NCBI GenBank assembly: GCA_034520175.1
Contig: JAXHNU010000028.1
Location: forward strand, 74,252-138,251
Length of the DNA: 64,000 nucleotides
From: Saprospiraceae bacterium
GTDB lineage: Bacteria; Bacteroidota; Bacteroidia; Chitinophagales; Saprospiraceae
Direction of reading: 5' to 3'
In this document: one piece after another, positions 1 through 9,491 of the stretch
Numbering within the stretch: the first letter of the stretch is position 1
Layout: every line of letters starts with the position of its first letter
Program-made: the position numbers and the translations under genes
Notes under the pieces: model-generated
The model's input: only the letters and a program-made list of their open reading frames with translations
What the model was told of the DNA's origin: nothing
Database searches by the model: none

Positions 1-437
1 TTTGTGCCGTATTGCACGGACATTGGACCTTCAATGAGTTCAATTCGTTCGATGTTTTGAACATTAAGTTGGCTCAAATCAATATTGCCGCCTTGCCGAC
101 CGATAACAGGCACGCCGTCCATTAAAATTTTCACATTTTCTCCCGAAATGCCTTGCATACTCAAACCAGTTCCTAAAATATTGTCTTGTTGCAAACGGAT
201 ATTGGCTTGGTATTTCAACACATCGCCCACATTTTGAACGCCGACCGATGCCAATTTGTCAATCACCAAATTGCGGGTGGCGATAACGGATTTGTCTAAA
301 CCTTGGGGTTTGTAATTGCCTGTTACAATCAATTCTTGCAGTTGACGCGCACTGTCAGACGGCGGTGCAACGGGAGTCGGTGGCGATAACAAGTTTTGGA
401 AAGCCACTATTTGAAAAAGCAATAATTTCGACAGCAT
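1..437 (-). CDS. TonB-dependent receptor, N-terminal part (signal peptide + plug domain); the rest lies beyond the window start
   Basis: Own minus-strand translation from the ATG at 437-435: MLSKLLLFQIVAFQ...ELIVTGNYKPQGLDKSVIATR...GISGENVKILMDGVPVIGRQGGNIDLSQLNVQNIERIELIEGPMSVQYGT. This is a typical plug-domain signature. The frame stays open to base 1; it is absent from the ORF track because it is edge-truncated. Confidence 0.7.
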   Translation of the reverse strand, partial: MLSKLLLFQIVAFQNLLSPPTPVAPPSDSARQLQELIVTGNYKPQGLDKSVIATRNLVIDKLASVGVQNVGDVLKYQANIRLQQDNILGTGLSMQGISGENVKILMDGVPVIGRQGGNIDLSQLNVQNIERIELIEGPMSVQYGT

Positions 438-619
438 CAGACAATAATATATTAGAATTATGTTAGGATTCATTATCTGGCACAAAGGTAGGGTAGAAAT
501 ATGGTGCGGAGAATATTTTGTATTTTTCTGACTTAAATATGACAAGCATTGTGATGACAATCTTGCCACACAGAAAAAAATAAGAATGGACTTCCGCCTT
601 ATGGATTAATATTATGGGT

Positions 620-803
620 TTTGAAACCATACATAAATTCAAAATACGCATTAAAAGGCACTTTTGCGCTCGCTTCGCTCGCGCAAAAGGAAGAGAGTGG
701 TTCATTTTTCGGGCAAAGCCCGAAAAATGAACCACATTCCCCCTCTCGCGCGAGCGAAGCGAGCGCGAGAACCAGCAGTTTAGATTTTATGTATGGTTTC
801 AAA
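620..803 (+). mobile_element. nested-palindrome MITE, type A, full length (184 bp)
   Basis: 18-nt termini TTTGAAACCATACATAAA / TTTATGTATGGTTTCAAA. Inner inverted repeat GCGCTCGCTTCGCTCGCGC / GCGCGAGCGAAGCGAGCGC. Central hairpin GGTTCATTTTTCGGGCAAAGCCCGAAAAATGAACC. Perfect 8-bp flanking duplication TTATGGGT at 612-619 and 804-811. Confidence 0.88.
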
Positions 804-964
804 TTATGGGTAAACAATGGTTGTTTGTAACAATGGAAGGTGAGGCGTCAAACAAAAAATAAAATACCCATTTTGATTGTTAACTGACATTATGCAGTCC
901 CTAAATTTTGAAATTAGATTTTCTTTAAAGATACAAAAAATGTCCATTATTTGATTAAAATTGG

Positions 965-1130
965 GTATTTACTTAGCCCATAGCTCGCTTCGCTCGCAAA
1001 AAAGGGGAATTTGGTTCGTTTTTCGGGTTTTGCCCGAAAAACGAACCAAATTCCCTTTTTGCGAGCGAAGCGAAGCGCGAAAAATAAACCACCTTTCCTC
1101 CTTTTGCACGAGCGAAGCGAGCGCAAAGGC
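965..1130. repeat. core element with GTATTTACTTAGCC arm plus an extra half core
   Basis: GCTCGCTTCGCTCGC ... GGTTCGTTTTTCGGGTTTTGCCCGAAAAACGAACC ... GCGAGCGAAGCGAAGCGC, followed by a second ...GAGCGAAGCGAGCGC half. Confidence 0.75.
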
Positions 1131-1195
1131 GTGTGCTGAAAAGTAGCGATTATTTATGAACAACTACTTGCAATGAAAATCAAGCATTCCCTTAG

Positions 1196-2173
1196 TCACG
1201 TAGGTATCACAACAGATTCTTTGAATGGCTTACGTGCTGTCAAGCCCAACATTTTGAACATATCCATATCCGTATCAAAATCTGGATTGGGCGTTGTCAA
1301 GAGTTTTTCTCCTGCAAAAATCGAATTTGCCCCCGCCATGAAGCACAAGGCTTGTTCTGCAATTGTCATATCGTTGCGACCCGCCGACAAGCGCACAACA
1401 CTTTTCGGCATAATCAACCGCGCTGTTGCAATCATGCGCAACATTTCGTCAATTTGTACTTTTGCGTTGTTCGCTAAAGGTGTTCCTGCTACGGGAACTA
1501 AGGCATTAATTGGCACGGAATCGGGGTGTTCGTCCATTGTTGAGAGCGTGTGCAGCATCTTAATACGGTCATCGTCGGTTTCGCCCAAGCCGATAATACC
1601 GCCACAACAAACCGACATTTTTGCCTTTTTTACGTTCTTCAACGTGTCCAAACGGTCATCAAAAGTGCGTGTTGTGATGATATTCCCGTAATTTTCTTCC
1701 GACGTATCAATATTGTGGTTGTAAGCAAAACAACCCGCCGCTTTCAGTTTTTCGGCTTGTTCGTAGGTCAACATGCCCAATGTGCAGCAAACTTCCATGC
1801 CCATATCGTTGACTTCCGACACCATTTCTAAAACGCGGTCAAAGTCCCGATTGTCGCGCACTTCACGCCAAGCTGCGCCCATGCACAAGCGCGATGCCCC
1901 ATTTGCTTTGGCAATTGCCGCCTGCGTTTTTACTTTTTCAACCGACATTAACGGCTGTACCTCAATATCGGTGTGGTAACGCGCCGCTTGTGGACAATAC
2001 GAACAGTCTTCTTTGCAGCCACCCGTTTTGATGGAAATTAAGCTGCTGACTTGCACCTCGCTGTACGCTTTATTTTGACGGTGAACTGTCGCGGCATCAA
2101 AAACTAAGTCCAATAAGGGACGGTTGTAGATGTTTTCGATTTCGGATAATGTCCAATTGTTTCTAATGACCAT
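1196..2173 (-). CDS. bioB: biotin synthase
   Basis: 325-aa ORF with the radical-SAM CxxxCxxC (GGCKEDCSYCPQ) and a full-length BioB-like layout (YNHNIDTS, GGIIGLGET). Confidence 0.93.
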   Translation of the reverse strand: MVIRNNWTLSEIENIYNRPLLDLVFDAATVHRQNKAYSEVQVSSLISIKTGGCKEDCSYCPQAARYHTDIEVQPLMSVEKVKTQAAIAKANGASRLCMGAAWREVRDNRDFDRVLEMVSEVNDMGMEVCCTLGMLTYEQAEKLKAAGCFAYNHNIDTSEENYGNIITTRTFDDRLDTLKNVKKAKMSVCCGGIIGLGETDDDRIKMLHTLSTMDEHPDSVPINALVPVAGTPLANNAKVQIDEMLRMIATARLIMPKSVVRLSAGRNDMTIAEQALCFMAGANSIFAGEKLLTTPNPDFDTDMDMFKMLGLTARKPFKESVVIPT

Positions 2174-2189
2174 TTTTTTTATTTTTTTT

Positions 2190-2316
2190 GTGATAACTTA
2201 GCCCGCGCTCGCTTCGCTTGCGTGGAAGGAGGAGAGTTGGTTCATTTTTCGAGCAAAGCCCGAAAAATGAACCAATCTTCTTTTGCGAGCGCAGAGAGTA
2301 ATAGGCTAAGTATTAC
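2190..2316. repeat. nested-palindrome element, type B (GTAATTACTTAGCC-type arms)
   Basis: GTGATAACTTAGCCCGCGCTCGCTTCGC ... central hairpin ... GGCTAAGTATTAC. It sits between the divergent bioB and tpiA genes. Confidence 0.8.
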
Positions 2317-2463
2317 ATTTTTTTTAAGTATTCGCAAATCGCTTAACTTTTGAAGCCGCAAAATTAGAAAAACTCACAAGAATCGGAAATAAAGAATTCA
2401 GAAAAGGCAAACACTTCTTGACACTAAAATTTCATTTTGATTTGGGAAACTCACGAGATAATG

Positions 2464-2471
2464 TATTTTTG
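2464..2471 (+). promoter_or_regulatory. candidate Bacteroidota -7 box (TAnnTTTG) upstream of tpiA
   Basis: TATTTTTG, 20 nt before the first ATG. Confidence 0.4.
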
Positions 2472-2490
2472 CGGCGAAATATGATACTTA

Positions 2491-3273
2491 ATGCTTTTAA
2501 AAGAAATCATGGCAAAATCTAAGAAACAAAAAATCGTTGCGGGCAACTGGAAAATGAATAAAACATTGCCCGATGCCCTTGCTTTAGCGCAACAAATTGC
2601 GGCAAAAGAATTGCCGAAAGACGTGATTACGGTCTTGTGTGTCCCCTCAGTATTTGCGGCAGAAATCGGCAAAATCATTGGGTCAAATCCTAATTTGAAA
2701 CTCGGCGCACAAAATTGTCATCACGAAGTAAGTGGTGCTTACACGGGCGAAACTTCGGTGGATATGTTGCAAAGTGTTGGTGTTGAATACGTTATCGTTG
2801 GTCACTCCGAGCGTCGTGAATATCAAAACGAAAGCAGCGATGTATTGGTTAAGAAAATAAATTTGCTTTTGTCGAAAGGTATGACGCCTATTTATTGTTG
2901 CGGTGAACCCCTCAGTATTCGGGAAAAAAACCGCCAAAACTCAGCCGTTGCAAAGCAAATCAAAAATGATTTGTATCATTTGGCTGCCGAGCAAATGGCG
3001 AAAATTGTTATCGCTTATGAGCCGATTTGGGCTATCGGTACGGGTTTGACGGCTTCGCCAGAACAGGCGCAAGAAATGCACAATTTTATCCGTCGGACGG
3101 TTAAAAAGCAATTTGGCAACGACATTGCAAAAAATACAACGATTCTTTACGGTGGTTCAGCAAATGCTGCCAATGCTAAAATATTGTTCGCTCAAAAAGA
3201 CGTGGACGGTGGGTTGATTGGTGGGGCATCGTTAAAAGCAGACGATTTTACTACAATTATTGGGTCATATTAA
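2491..3273 (+). CDS. tpiA: triosephosphate isomerase
   Basis: Motifs GNWKMN, GHSERR, AYEPIWAIGTG and GGASLK. The real start is probably the second ATG at 2509 (MAKSKKQKIVAGNWKMN). Confidence 0.95.
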   Translation: MLLKEIMAKSKKQKIVAGNWKMNKTLPDALALAQQIAAKELPKDVITVLCVPSVFAAEIGKIIGSNPNLKLGAQNCHHEVSGAYTGETSVDMLQSVGVEYVIVGHSERREYQNESSDVLVKKINLLLSKGMTPIYCCGEPLSIREKNRQNSAVAKQIKNDLYHLAAEQMAKIVIAYEPIWAIGTGLTASPEQAQEMHNFIRRTVKKQFGNDIAKNTTILYGGSANAANAKILFAQKDVDGGLIGGASLKADDFTTIIGSY

Positions 3274-3289
3274 TTGCTGATGTTACACA

Positions 3290-3336
3290 GAGCCGTAGGC
3301 TCGACCCATATGTATATACACCGAGCCTACGGCTCT
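3290..3336. repeat. palindromic CCTACGG-type hairpin pair downstream of tpiA
   Basis: AGAGCCGTAGGCTCG (3290-3304) and CGAGCCTACGGCTCT (3322-3336) are exact reverse complements. Related short hairpins appear at about 3360-3377, 3392-3404, 41660-41810 and 51650-51730. Confidence 0.6.
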
Positions 3337-3520
3337 TAAATAATTGGTTTTAAACTTTCGGCGGATTGAAATCCGCCGCTACAAAATTGGTCATGCCTAC
3401 GGCATTTTTGGCACATCTGCGTGACATAAGTCAATTAGTTCTACTTTGTTCTTTGAACTGGCTCTTTTTCGCTCGAAAATCGCCCGAAAGTAATTTTTAG
3501 AGGTGAGCGTGTTTTTAAAT

Positions 3521-3704
3521 TTTGAAACCATACATAAATTCAAAATACGCATTAAAAGGCATTTTTGCGCTCGCTTCGCTCGCGCAAAAGGAGGAGAGGT
3601 GGTTCATTTTTCGGGCAAAGCCCGAAAAATGAACCACATTCCCCCTTCGCGCGAGCGAAGCGAGCGCGAAAACCAGCAGTTTAGATTTTATGTATGGTTT
3701 CAAA
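3521..3704 (+). mobile_element. nested-palindrome MITE, type A, full length (184 bp)
   Basis: Same termini and core as 620-803. Perfect 8-bp duplication TTTTAAAT at 3513-3520 and 3705-3712. It is inserted in the middle of another palindrome (GAGCGTGTTTTTAAA at about 3505-3519 and TTTAAAAACACGCTC at about 3737-3751). Confidence 0.88.
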
Positions 3705-3813
3705 TTTTAAATCAGAAAAATCTTCGATTTTTTTGATTTAAAAACACGCTCGCCCCGTAGATTTCTTCCAACAGGCGATTTTTGAGCGAAGCGAAAAAAG
3801 CCAGTAAATATCT

Positions 3814-3821
3814 TACATTTG
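3814..3821 (+). promoter_or_regulatory. candidate -7 box (TAnnTTTG) upstream of the enoyl-CoA hydratase gene
   Basis: TACATTTG, 14 nt before the ATG at 3835. Confidence 0.4.
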
Positions 3822-3834
3822 AAATTAAAAAATA

Positions 3835-4617
3835 ATGGACTATCAAAATATTCTAATCGAAAATGACAACGGTATTGTCATTTTAACTTTCAATCGGGAA
3901 AAAGCGCTCAATGCTTTGAATCAAGTGACGATGACTGAAATCAAATATTTTTTTGACAAAGGATACAAAGATTTTGCTGATTTGAAAGGTGTTATCCTCA
4001 CAGGTACAGGGGTAAAAGCCTTTGTTGCGGGTGCAGACATTACGGAATTTACAAATTTGGCGATTAATGGCGAGCAAATGGCACAACGGGGGCAAGATAT
4101 TTTCTTCCTTATTGAGCAGTTTCACAAGCCCGTTATTGCCGCAGTGAACGGTTTTGCACTCGGTGGCGGTTGCGAATTGGCGATGGCTTGCCACATGCGT
4201 ATCGCTTCACCCAATGCAAAATTTGCGCAACCCGAAGTCAATTTGGGGATTATCCCCGGCTACGGTGGCACGCAACGCCTCGTACAATTGATTGGCAAAG
4301 GGCGGGCTTACGAATTGTTGATGACGGGCGATATGATTGATGCTGCCGAAGCCCACCGCACGGGTTTGGTGAATCATGTGGTGGAAGAAGGGCAAACAGT
4401 GGCAAAAGCAAAGGAAATTATCGCAAAAATTGCGACAAAAGCTCCGCTTGCGATTGCAAAAATTGTAGAAGCCGTCAACGCCCATTTTGACCCGGGTGGC
4501 GATGCTGGCTTTTTCCGCGAAGTTGTGGAGTTTGGTAAATGTGCCAAATCTAAAGACTTTAAAGAGGGAGCAGCCGCTTTTGTTGAGAAAAGAAAACCTG
4601 TTTTTACGGGAAAGTAA
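3835..4617 (+). CDS. enoyl-CoA hydratase/isomerase (crotonase) family protein
   Basis: 260 aa. Crotonase oxyanion-hole segments FVAGADI and GFALGGGCELAMACHMRIAS. Confidence 0.9.
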   Translation: MDYQNILIENDNGIVILTFNREKALNALNQVTMTEIKYFFDKGYKDFADLKGVILTGTGVKAFVAGADITEFTNLAINGEQMAQRGQDIFFLIEQFHKPVIAAVNGFALGGGCELAMACHMRIASPNAKFAQPEVNLGIIPGYGGTQRLVQLIGKGRAYELLMTGDMIDAAEAHRTGLVNHVVEEGQTVAKAKEIIAKIATKAPLAIAKIVEAVNAHFDPGGDAGFFREVVEFGKCAKSKDFKEGAAAFVEKRKPVFTGK

Positions 4618-4620
4618 TCT

Positions 4621-5484
4621 ATGAAAAATTATCTCTCGCTTATCAAATTTAGCCACACCATTTTTGCTTTGCCGTTTGCTTTGGTTGGTTTTTTTCTGGC
4701 TACTTATCAGACGGGTAAAAATATTGAATACATTACGCTCATTTTGATTGTGATGTGCATGGTGTTTGCGCGCTCGGCTGCAATGGCATTTAATCGGTAT
4801 TTGGATAGGGATATTGATGCCAAAAACCCGCGTACCATTATCCGCGAGATTCCTGCGGGTGTGGTGTCGCCGACGGCTGCTTTGGTTTTTGTCATTATTA
4901 ATGCTGTTTCATTTATCATTACGACCTATTTTATTAATCCTTTGTGTTTTTATTTATCACCCATTGCTTTACTCGTTGTTTTGGGATATAGCTACACAAA
5001 AAGGTTCACGTCTTTGTGCCATTTTGTACTGGGTTTGGGCTTGTCTTTAGCACCGATTGGCGCGTATTTAGCCGTTACAGGACAGTTTTCTTTACTACCT
5101 ATTTTGTATTCTATTGCCGTTTTACTTTGGGTATCGGGCTTTGATATTATGTACGCTTTGCAAGATGAAGACTTTGATAAGTCATTGAATCTCAATTCTA
5201 TTCCGGTGCGTCTGGGCAGAAAAAACGCTTTGAGACTGTCCGAAATTTTACATATTTTATGTGCTATCGTGATTGTAACTGCCGTTTTTCTCATAAATAC
5301 TGAGGGGGGGAATTTTAGCTATTTGCACCTAATTGGGACAGGTATTTTTATTGGCTTATTGACCTATCAGCACACACTGGTAAAACCCAATGATTTATCG
5401 AAAATAAATATGGCTTTTTTTACCACAAATGGCATTGCAAGTGTGGTGTATGGGAGTTTTTTTATTTTAGACTACTTTTTCTAA
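4621..5484 (+). CDS. UbiA family aromatic prenyltransferase (4-hydroxybenzoate polyprenyltransferase-like)
   Basis: 287-aa polytopic protein with NRYLDRDIDAKNPRT (NxxxDxxxD) and a second Asp-rich motif YALQDEDFD. Confidence 0.85.
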   Translation: MKNYLSLIKFSHTIFALPFALVGFFLATYQTGKNIEYITLILIVMCMVFARSAAMAFNRYLDRDIDAKNPRTIIREIPAGVVSPTAALVFVIINAVSFIITTYFINPLCFYLSPIALLVVLGYSYTKRFTSLCHFVLGLGLSLAPIGAYLAVTGQFSLLPILYSIAVLLWVSGFDIMYALQDEDFDKSLNLNSIPVRLGRKNALRLSEILHILCAIVIVTAVFLINTEGGNFSYLHLIGTGIFIGLLTYQHTLVKPNDLSKINMAFFTTNGIASVVYGSFFILDYFF

Positions 5485-5500
5485 AATATTGTAAATATTT

Positions 5501-5609
5501 GACGCGCTCGCTTCGCTCGCGGAAAGAGAGGAAGAGTGGTTCATTTTTCGGGCTTTGCCCGAAAAATGAACCACATTCCCCTTCCTCGCGCGAGCAAAGC
5601 GAGCGCGTC
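5501..5609. repeat. core-only element (109 bp)
   Basis: GACGCGCTCGCTTCGCTCGC ... GGTTCATTTTTCGGGCTTTGCCCGAAAAATGAACC ... GCGAGCAAAGCGAGCGCGTC. It lies between two convergent genes. Confidence 0.85.
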
Positions 5610-5970
5610 AAGTTAGAGCTTTCCGCGTTTGCCAGAATTGCCACAACAAAGCCACATCACACACCACTAAACCGCCAAATTCGCGGGTCAGTTCGATATA
5701 CGATTTTTCGGCTTTCATGGTTTCTACAATATTCGGCATACCCATTTTTATCCAAGCTATAAAATCGGGAATATACGTCAAAGTATAAACAGATAAGATG
5801 CTTAAACCAATCAAAATTAATGTTTTATTGTATTTTTGAACGGCTGCAAAGCCACATACTACGGCAACAAAACCGTAAATGGGTATCCAGAGATAAGGGT
5901 CGGGGTCGTTGTATTGAACGCCGAGAAATAAGAGAAAAATAATGCAGAGAATGACGTTTAAAATTTTCAT
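5608..5970 (-). CDS. small membrane protein, TMEM220-like
   Basis: 120 aa with 4 predicted TM helices and an N-terminal GVQYNDPDPYLWIPIYG motif. The stop codon lies in the end of the repeat at 5501-5609. Confidence 0.55.
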   Translation of the reverse strand: MKILNVILCIIFLLFLGVQYNDPDPYLWIPIYGFVAVVCGFAAVQKYNKTLILIGLSILSVYTLTYIPDFIAWIKMGMPNIVETMKAEKSYIELTREFGGLVVCDVALLWQFWQTRKALT

Positions 5971-6052
5971 TTCACTATGTTTTATTGATGATTCGGCAAT
6001 ATAAGCACCACTCGGTATATTGATGTAAAAGGCTCATAGTTTCAACAAAAAA

Positions 6053-6090
6053 TAAAAAAAGAGCCGTTCTGACAACTCAGAGCGGCTCTT
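6053..6090 (-). terminator. rho-independent terminator of rpoD
   Basis: Hairpin GAGCCGTTCTGACAACTCAGAGCGGCTC (6061-6088). On the minus strand it is followed by a T-run (the A-run at 6053-6060). Confidence 0.7.
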
Positions 6091-6115
6091 TTAGTATCCC
6101 CCAAAAAAATCTACT

Positions 6116-6979
6116 TTACAAATAGGATTTCATTTCTTCTGTATTATAAGATTTCCGCAAACGGCGAATGGCGCGTTCTTTGATTTGCCGCACACGTTCG
6201 CGGGTCAAGCCGTAGTAATCGCCAATTTCTTCGAGTGTCCAAGCGTTTGATTGATTTAATCCGTAGTAAGCCGAAATGACGTCCTTTTCACGTTCTGACA
6301 AGATAGACAAGCCTTGTTTGACTTCTTCGCACAATGATTCATCGAGTAAATTTTGGTCAGGCATGACTTCTCCTTTTACCATCATGAGGTCGAGCATTGT
6401 CGCATCGCTATCCTCCCCACCAATGTTAGCATCTACCGAAACGTGACGTGTGTTCGAGTGGAGCATATTCGCTACTTCGCGGGGTGTCATCTCTAACAAT
6501 TCGCCCAACTCCTCATTTGTTGGTTCGCGTTCATTCTCTTGAATGAACCCGATGTAGGCTTCATTGACCTTATTGTACGACCCCATTTTGTTTAAAGGCA
6601 TACGAACAAGGCGGCTATGTTCAACGATTGATTGCAAGATAGACTGGCGAATCCACCAAACGGCGTAAGAAATGAACTTAAAACCCTTTGTTTCATCGAA
6701 ACGGCGTGCGGCTTTCATCAAACCGACGTTGCCTTCGTTGATAAGGTCGCTCAGAGTCAAGCCTTGATTTTGGTATTGCTTCGCCACTGAGACCACAAAG
6801 CGCAAGTTGGCTTCGGTCAATTTTTCAAGCGCAGCCTCATCGCCCATGCGAATACGTCGCGCGAGTTCTGCTTCTTCTTCAATAGACACCAACGGAATTT
6901 TGCCGATGTCATTGAGATATTTATCAAGAGCAAGGCTTTCGCGGCTCGTGATTTTATTGGTTATTTTTAGTTGACGCAT
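6116..6979 (-). CDS. rpoD: RNA polymerase primary sigma factor (sigma-70 family, short Bacteroidota type)
   Basis: 287 aa. Region 2 FISYAVWWIRQSI, region 3, and region 4.2 LTRERVRQIKERAIRRLR. Confidence 0.93.
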   Translation of the reverse strand: MRQLKITNKITSRESLALDKYLNDIGKIPLVSIEEEAELARRIRMGDEAALEKLTEANLRFVVSVAKQYQNQGLTLSDLINEGNVGLMKAARRFDETKGFKFISYAVWWIRQSILQSIVEHSRLVRMPLNKMGSYNKVNEAYIGFIQENEREPTNEELGELLEMTPREVANMLHSNTRHVSVDANIGGEDSDATMLDLMMVKGEVMPDQNLLDESLCEEVKQGLSILSEREKDVISAYYGLNQSNAWTLEEIGDYYGLTRERVRQIKERAIRRLRKSYNTEEMKSYL

Positions 6980-7342
6980 AGCTAAGGTTTTAAAGATTCG
7001 ATATGTGATAGAACGTAATCACGTTGTTTTTAATGAAAAAGCACGATTGGTGGCGTAATATTATTGACAATGTAAGAAAAAGTCTTTAACTACTTCTATC
7101 TCTGACAATTTTACAAAATTATTGCCAGAAAAGTTCCATTTTTTTTGAATAAATTTTGAAATCTCGATAAAAGAGCTTAATTCAGTCCTTATTTCTTAAT
7201 TGACGATGAATAATATTTTTAAGCGACTGCTTTTCAAACTGTTAAGAATGTTAAATGTATTTAATGCAGAGGACTTTTTTGTGAAGAAATTGTTTGTTAG
7301 CCTATTTTTTCAAAAAAATGCTGTGACAGGGCATTTTTGAAT

Positions 7343-7466
7343 GGTAATTAGTTAGATGTAAACAATTGCTTGATGGTTCATTTTCGGCTTCGTCGAAAAA
7401 TGAACTACATTCTCTTTTTCTGGGCGAGCGAAGTCTGTTTACATTCCGAAAGTCTTCGGGAGAGCG
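7343..7466. repeat. degenerate element, type C (CGGGATGTAAACAG module)
   Basis: GTAATTAGTTAG arm, central GGTTCATTTTCGGCTTCGTCGAAAAATGAAC, GCGAGCGAAG, and CTGTTTACATTCCGAAAGTCTTCGGGAGAGC, as in 14048-14200 and 51304-51463. Confidence 0.6.
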
Positions 7467-7504
7467 TTTGGTGAATTGTTTTCGTAAAAATAGGGGGAAA
7501 ATGA

Positions 7505-7567
7505 CCCCTCAGTATTTTCTATCAAAATCGATGTTTTTCTACTTTTGATAGAAAATACTGAGGAGGT
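7505..7567. terminator. hairpin made of an inverted pair of the TACTGAGGGG motif, downstream of rtcB
   Basis: CCCCTCAGTATTTTCTATCAAAA ... TTTTGATAGAAAATACTGAGGAGG gives roughly 20 bp of pairing, with T/A runs on both sides. Confidence 0.65.
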
Positions 7568-7611
7568 TATTTTTTGCCCACTATCTTTACGAAAGTACCA
7601 AAATTTAAGAC

Positions 7612-9024
7612 TTATCCTTCCTCACTCGCCATTCTTACAATTTTCGGAAAAAATTTACCAATAACGTCCACCAGCGTTTTTTGTGCTGATATCACATCTT
7701 CGATGTTTTTGTAGGCGTGTGGTGCTTCATCAAGTCCACCACCGAGCAATGTTACGCCATTTTTTTCCAACACATCACGCAAAGCACGGTTTGTAAAACT
7801 GTTTTTGGCTTCGCTTCGGCTCATTTTTCGACCCGCGCCATGTGCCGCCGAATTGAGCGAGGCAGCATCACCTTTGCCGCGCACGATATATCCCGCCGCC
7901 GTCATATTGGCGGGAATAATGCCGAGTTCACCGAGTTTTGCGGGTGTTGCGCCTTTTCGGTGTACAATTGCGTCTGTACCGTCCGCTAATTGCTCTTTCC
8001 ACGCAAAATTGTGGTGATTTTCGACCCGAACAAAGGCATCTGCTTTCAGTTCTCGCGCAATTTTTCGATGAATCGTATCGTGGCAAGCGGCAGCGTAAGC
8101 ACCAGCCAAATTCATGGCTGCCCAATATTCTGCACCATCTGATTCGTCGAGTCGCAACCATGCCAAATGTTGAGCGAAATTGGGCAAACGCCGCCTTTTC
8201 ATCGCCAATTGTGTGTAATGCTTCGCAATATTTGCCCCCAAACCCCGTGAACCAGAGTGTGTCAACAAGGCAATGTACTGACCTGCTTTGATGCCCAAAT
8301 CAGCGTCATCGGTCGGAAAATCGGCAATGCCGAACTCTGCAAAATGATTGCTACTGCCCGAAGTTCCGAGTTGCAAAGCGGCTTTTTTCTGCAAATCACG
8401 CAGTAAAGGCAGTTCTTGAAACAAACGATGCTCAATCACCGCGTGGTCTTGCGGTTGTTTCCAAGCCCCGCCCATTCCAAAAATGGTATGCGTTAAAAGG
8501 GATTGTTCAAATGCTTTTTCATGCTTTTTAAACTCCGTTGCCGCAATTGGAAACACCGACAAACACATCCGACAACCAATATCAACACCAACGCCATACG
8601 GAATCACCGCATTGTCCGCCGCCAAAACGCCACCGATTGGTAAGCCATAGCCCGCATGTGCATCGGGCATCAAAGCTCCCGCAACGGTAATTGGCAATTT
8701 CATGGCAACTTTCATTTGTTCCCATGCCAATTTTTCAATATTTTCAGCACCAAAAACCGAAAAGGGGAGTGGTGTATCCAATAATTGTGGCTGCTCTTTC
8801 ACTGGTTCGGGTTCTGGCTTGAGGCGTTCGGCTATTTTGCCCCAAATTGGGTCACGCCAATAGTTTTCGGGTGTCGCCACAAGACCCCTCAGTATTGGCT
8901 CAACTTCTTGAAAAGTTGAATGTTTAAATTCTTTTTCTAAAACACCAATAGCCATGCTGATAGCAGGGGTTTGAGGAAAACCCAACGCCGTCAACTCTTT
9001 CGGCTTTATTTTTAACTTGCCCAT
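7612..9024 (-). CDS. rtcB: RtcB family RNA 3'-phosphate ligase
   Basis: 470 aa. Motifs MPDAHAGYGLPIGGV, HSGSRGLG, NHHNFAW and GGGLDEAPHAYK. Confidence 0.9.
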   Translation of the reverse strand: MGKLKIKPKELTALGFPQTPAISMAIGVLEKEFKHSTFQEVEPILRGLVATPENYWRDPIWGKIAERLKPEPEPVKEQPQLLDTPLPFSVFGAENIEKLAWEQMKVAMKLPITVAGALMPDAHAGYGLPIGGVLAADNAVIPYGVGVDIGCRMCLSVFPIAATEFKKHEKAFEQSLLTHTIFGMGGAWKQPQDHAVIEHRLFQELPLLRDLQKKAALQLGTSGSSNHFAEFGIADFPTDDADLGIKAGQYIALLTHSGSRGLGANIAKHYTQLAMKRRRLPNFAQHLAWLRLDESDGAEYWAAMNLAGAYAAACHDTIHRKIARELKADAFVRVENHHNFAWKEQLADGTDAIVHRKGATPAKLGELGIIPANMTAAGYIVRGKGDAASLNSAAHGAGRKMSRSEAKNSFTNRALRDVLEKNGVTLLGGGLDEAPHAYKNIEDVISAQKTLVDVIGKFFPKIVRMASEEG

Positions 9025-9042
9025 AAAAAATTTAATTTTGAA

Positions 9043-9175
9043 GGTAACTGTTTACCACACGCTCGCTTCGCTCGCGCAGAAAGGGGGAATGTGGTTCATT
9101 TTTCGGCTTTGCCGAAAAATGAACCAGCTCTTTTCTGTCGTTGTGCGAGCAATAGGCACGCAGCTAAATAGTTAC
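9043..9175. repeat. nested-palindrome element, type B variant
   Basis: GTAACTGTTTACC arm, GCTCGCTTCGCTCGCGC, central GGTTCATTTTTCGGCTTTGCCGAAAAATGAACC, and AAATAGTTAC arm. Confidence 0.75.
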
Positions 9176-9196
9176 TTTTGAAGAATAAAATGAAAA

Positions 9197-9224
9197 GCCC
9201 GAAGGCATATCACAACCTTCGGGC
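9197..9224. terminator. isolated stem-loop (possible terminator)
   Basis: GCCCGAAGG ... CCTTCGGGC, a 9-bp stem. T-rich on the minus-strand side. Confidence 0.4.
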
Positions 9225-9491
9225 TTTCGCTTACCAACGTATCACAGTGTACATCATGAAAGGGCGCGTCCGTCAATACGAAGGTCGTTTTTGGATTGCA
9301 CATAAATTGTACAAATTCTCGTTATTGAAAAGGCAGCGCATGACGTTGATAGTTTTAAGGGTGAAAAAATGGTTAAATAGTAATAGGTTAACGTGCGTTT
9401 TGAAAGTGAAATTGACTATAATTTTGTAATTTTCAGAACCATACTATTAACCGAAGATAATAAAAAAAGTTCATGCTTTTTGTATTTTTTT

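Noticed and set aside
463-1163. Track ORFs of 60-110 aa lying in the palindromic elements. Examples: 463-735, 599-817, 621-830, 961-1146, 969-1163, 3503-3736, 3515-3703, 5462-5762, 10258-10440, 12333-12614, 18065-18355, 31898-32128, 32365-32598, 47182-47630, 50324-50506.
   Set aside because: They occur on both strands of the same palindromes. They encode the same artefactual peptides (ARFARAKG..VVHFSGKARKMNH, LKPYIKSK). They also start and stop at element borders. They are translations of repeats, not genes.
9178-9429. 83-aa ORF in the rtcB-GNAT intergenic region. I also considered whether this 500-bp gap holds an ncRNA linked to RtcB.
   Set aside because: The ORF starts at a TTG and has a basic, low-complexity sequence with no recognisable motif. 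I see only one isolated stem-loop (9197-9224), and I cannot recognise Y-RNA, tRNA-like or other structures by eye. It is left unannotated.
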